From a virus (Duplodnaviria > Caudoviricetes), in the IMG/VR virus record IMGVR_UViG_3300020044_006136, positions 1-37,867 of that record: a stretch of 37,867 bases of DNA; one strand, written 5' to 3'. A program made the position numbers and the translations under genes. The notes below the pieces were generated by a model. It did not search any database. It was not told where the DNA came from and saw nothing but the letters and a program-made list of their open reading frames with translations. Positions within the stretch are counted from its first letter, which is position 1. Every line of letters starts with the position of its first letter. This document shows, one piece after another, positions 35,948 to 37,867 of this stretch.

Positions 35948-36653
35948 CATTCACGGAAACTGCAAAGACGTGCGAGCCTGCGACGCAGCCATTGCATTCT
36001 CTCGGCAGTTCAAGCCGGACATCCGCGTAATCGCAGGCGACCTCTGGGACTTCGCCGCCATCCGTCAGGGAGCCAGTGAGGATGATCGCGCAATCTCCAT
36101 GCAGGAAGACTTTGAGGCAGGCCGGGACTTTGCCAATGCGTTCTTTGGCGAAACATCCGAAAACGTCCTCATGCTGGGCAATCACGACATTCGTGCATAC
36201 GATTTGCGCAACAGCAAGGATGCGGTTAAAAGCGACTTGGGCTATCGGATGGTTGCGGACATCAAGACGCTCGCCTTCAAACATAATGCCAAGCTAATCG
36301 ACTACGACGCACGCGATGGCGTATACCAGATAGGCGAACTCAACGTAGTCCACGGCTTTCACACTGGTATGTCTGCCTGTGCCGCCCACGCCCGAATCTA
36401 CGGCAATGTGGCCTTTGCGCACATCCACTCCATCGAGAGCTTCCAAACGCCGGGAATCAAGCAGAAGGAGGCCCGCAGCATTGGTTGCCTGTGCGACCTC
36501 AACCCCGGCTACGCAAACCGCAAAACAGGCAAGCTGCGCTGGTCTCACGGCTGGGCATATGGCTGGCTCCACGACGACGGCACCTACGCCATCTTTCAGG
36601 TTAGAGGAATCAACGGAAAGTTCTACGCACCAACAGACATAATCGAATACTAA
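35922..36653 (+). CDS. Calcineurin-like metallophosphoesterase
   Basis: SDIHG, GDLWD, GNHD, HG and HIH motifs. Confidence 0.85.
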   Translation: MKRFQLVSDIHGNCKDVRACDAAIAFSRQFKPDIRVIAGDLWDFAAIRQGASEDDRAISMQEDFEAGRDFANAFFGETSENVLMLGNHDIRAYDLRNSKDAVKSDLGYRMVADIKTLAFKHNAKLIDYDARDGVYQIGELNVVHGFHTGMSACAAHARIYGNVAFAHIHSIESFQTPGIKQKEARSIGCLCDLNPGYANRKTGKLRWSHGWAYGWLHDDGTYAIFQVRGINGKFYAPTDIIEY

Positions 36654-36868
36654 TGAATCCTTGGGAAAAAATAGACAAATTGATGAAGCACGCCGCCGAG
36701 CCGAAAGGCCCGGAATGGTTTACCAAAAGACAGTTTATGGAACACTACGGTGTAAGCGGTAGCTGCGCCGACAATCGGATTGCAAAGATGATGAGTGATG
36801 GTCTACTTGAAAAGTGGACTGGCACTCTGCCATCTAAAAGAGTTGGAAATAAATGGAAACTAAAATGA
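36653..36868 (+). CDS. Small winged-helix-like protein
   Basis: WFTKRQFMEHYGVS...IAKMMSDGLLEK. Confidence 0.55.
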   Translation: MNPWEKIDKLMKHAAEPKGPEWFTKRQFMEHYGVSGSCADNRIAKMMSDGLLEKWTGTLPSKRVGNKWKLK

Positions 36869-37014
36869 GAAACGAAACGCACCTAGATCACATCGCCACT
36901 ATCATCCAGACCGGCCACATTGAGAAGCTGACCAGCGAAGAAGTTGCCTTCAAAGTGATGGAGTATATGGCTGAAAACTATGACCTCTCAAGAGAATCCG
37001 GTATGGAGATTTAA
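36865..37014 (+). CDS. Hypothetical protein (49 aa)
   Basis: ATGA overlap; read manually. Confidence 0.45.
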   Translation: MRNETHLDHIATIIQTGHIEKLTSEEVAFKVMEYMAENYDLSRESGMEI

Positions 37015-37231
37015 GTCTAGCGTTAAAGAGGTCTATCGCATCGTTGGCGACGCAATGGTTCCGACAGAGATCAATTGCGCCAGATTCACTGTGATAGCTC
37101 AATGCGTGAATCCAATGACTGAAGAACAACAGACTGTCTGTGAGTTTTACAGCAACGCTCTGGACGGGGATAAATTCATCCTCGGCCAGAGCTTCATTGA
37201 GAAATGGGACGCTCTAATTGAGCGGGCCTAG
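36980..37231 (+). CDS. Hypothetical protein
   Basis: Last plus-strand ORF, converging on the ejection gene. Confidence 0.5.
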   Translation: MTSQENPVWRFKSSVKEVYRIVGDAMVPTEINCARFTVIAQCVNPMTEEQQTVCEFYSNALDGDKFILGQSFIEKWDALIERA

Positions 37232-37237
37232 TTTGAT

Positions 37238-37867
37238 TTACGGCGCAGTTTTTCCCTGCGTCGTCTGGGCATCCTTCGCAAGTGCCGCATTAACCTGAGC
37301 AGAATACACCGGACTAAGCTGTGCAAACTTGGTCAAATCATATCCAACAGACTGAAGTTTAGACGCAATCTTTGGATTGAGATAGATTTGGGTTAGCAAG
37401 TTGTACATCCCCTTATCCGCAGCCTTAAGGATGTTGTTACCACCTTGAGCAACCATTGCACCAGTAGTGATGTTGCCCTGAGCGCCACCATAGATGGTTG
37501 CAAGTGCGCGAACATCATTGAACGCATTAGGCTGGCGAATCTGAATTGCTTCACGTCCACGGATAATGCCAGAAATCGGGTCAATAACCTGACTCTTGAT
37601 CATGTCATACTTGTCCTTGCCAATGATGGTTCTAAGGTTTTCGCGCTGATTGCTTAGAGCCTCGTTAGAACTGTAGAACAAATCGGTAAGCTCTCTGAGC
37701 TTAAGCTTATTGGTTCCTTCGTACTGAGTTGGGATGAATCGACGCACGGCATCAGCAGCGGCAACCTTACCGATTTCATCAATCAAATCAGACTTGCCGG
37801 AAGCCTTGGCGCTATCCACGAACTTCTTGATTACGCTAGGCTCAACTTCCTGCACAATGCGCTGCAC
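37238..37867 (-). CDS. C-terminal part of the large ejection protein that starts at 2560
   Basis: In frame across the circular junction. Confidence 0.75.
   Translation of the reverse strand: MQRIVQEVEPSVIKKFVDSAKASGKSDLIDEIGKVAAADAVRRFIPTQYEGTNKLKLRELTDLFYSSNEALSNQRENLRTIIGKDKYDMIKSQVIDPISGIIRGREAIQIRQPNAFNDVRALATIYGGAQGNITTGAMVAQGGNNILKAADKGMYNLLTQIYLNPKIASKLQSVGYDLTKFAQLSPVYSAQVNAALAKDAQTTQGKTAP
37747..37867. repeat. Terminal direct repeat (copy 2)
   Basis: Identical to 1-121. Confidence 0.95.

Overview
The window is an apparently complete, circularly assembled dsDNA tailed-phage genome of about 37,746 bp. Bases 1-121 are identical to 37747-37867, most likely an assembly overlap. The layout is podovirus-like. 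A minus-strand late module runs terS, terL, portal, scaffold, major capsid, adaptor, tail fibres, holin-like genes, nozzle and three ejection-type proteins, the largest of which wraps across the contig ends. A plus-strand early/replication module carries a GP88-like protein, DUF932, Erf, a putative SSB, a PD-(D/E)XK nuclease, a DnaB helicase, an HNH nuclease and a metallophosphoesterase. I recognised no integrase, polymerase, primase, initiator or canonical endolysin. A VPEPSTYG-type PEP-CTERM peptide hints at a Verrucomicrobiota (Opitutales-like) host; this is inference. The most striking observation is a two-cassette integron-like array at 30192-30849. It has two attC-like hairpins with canonical R/L-box geometry, oriented opposite to the genes, with matching R-box ends, in-frame Asn read-through and no integrase. 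Other highlights are a roughly 450-nt non-coding, highly structured RNA-like region with a kissing-loop leader (27790-28260), a stand-alone PEP-CTERM mini-protein, an EndoVII homing-endonuclease insertion that appears to have replaced its target gene's 3' end with a recoded copy, and heptamer/palindrome arrays that may mark the genome termini. All product calls come from motif recognition by eye; no searches were run.
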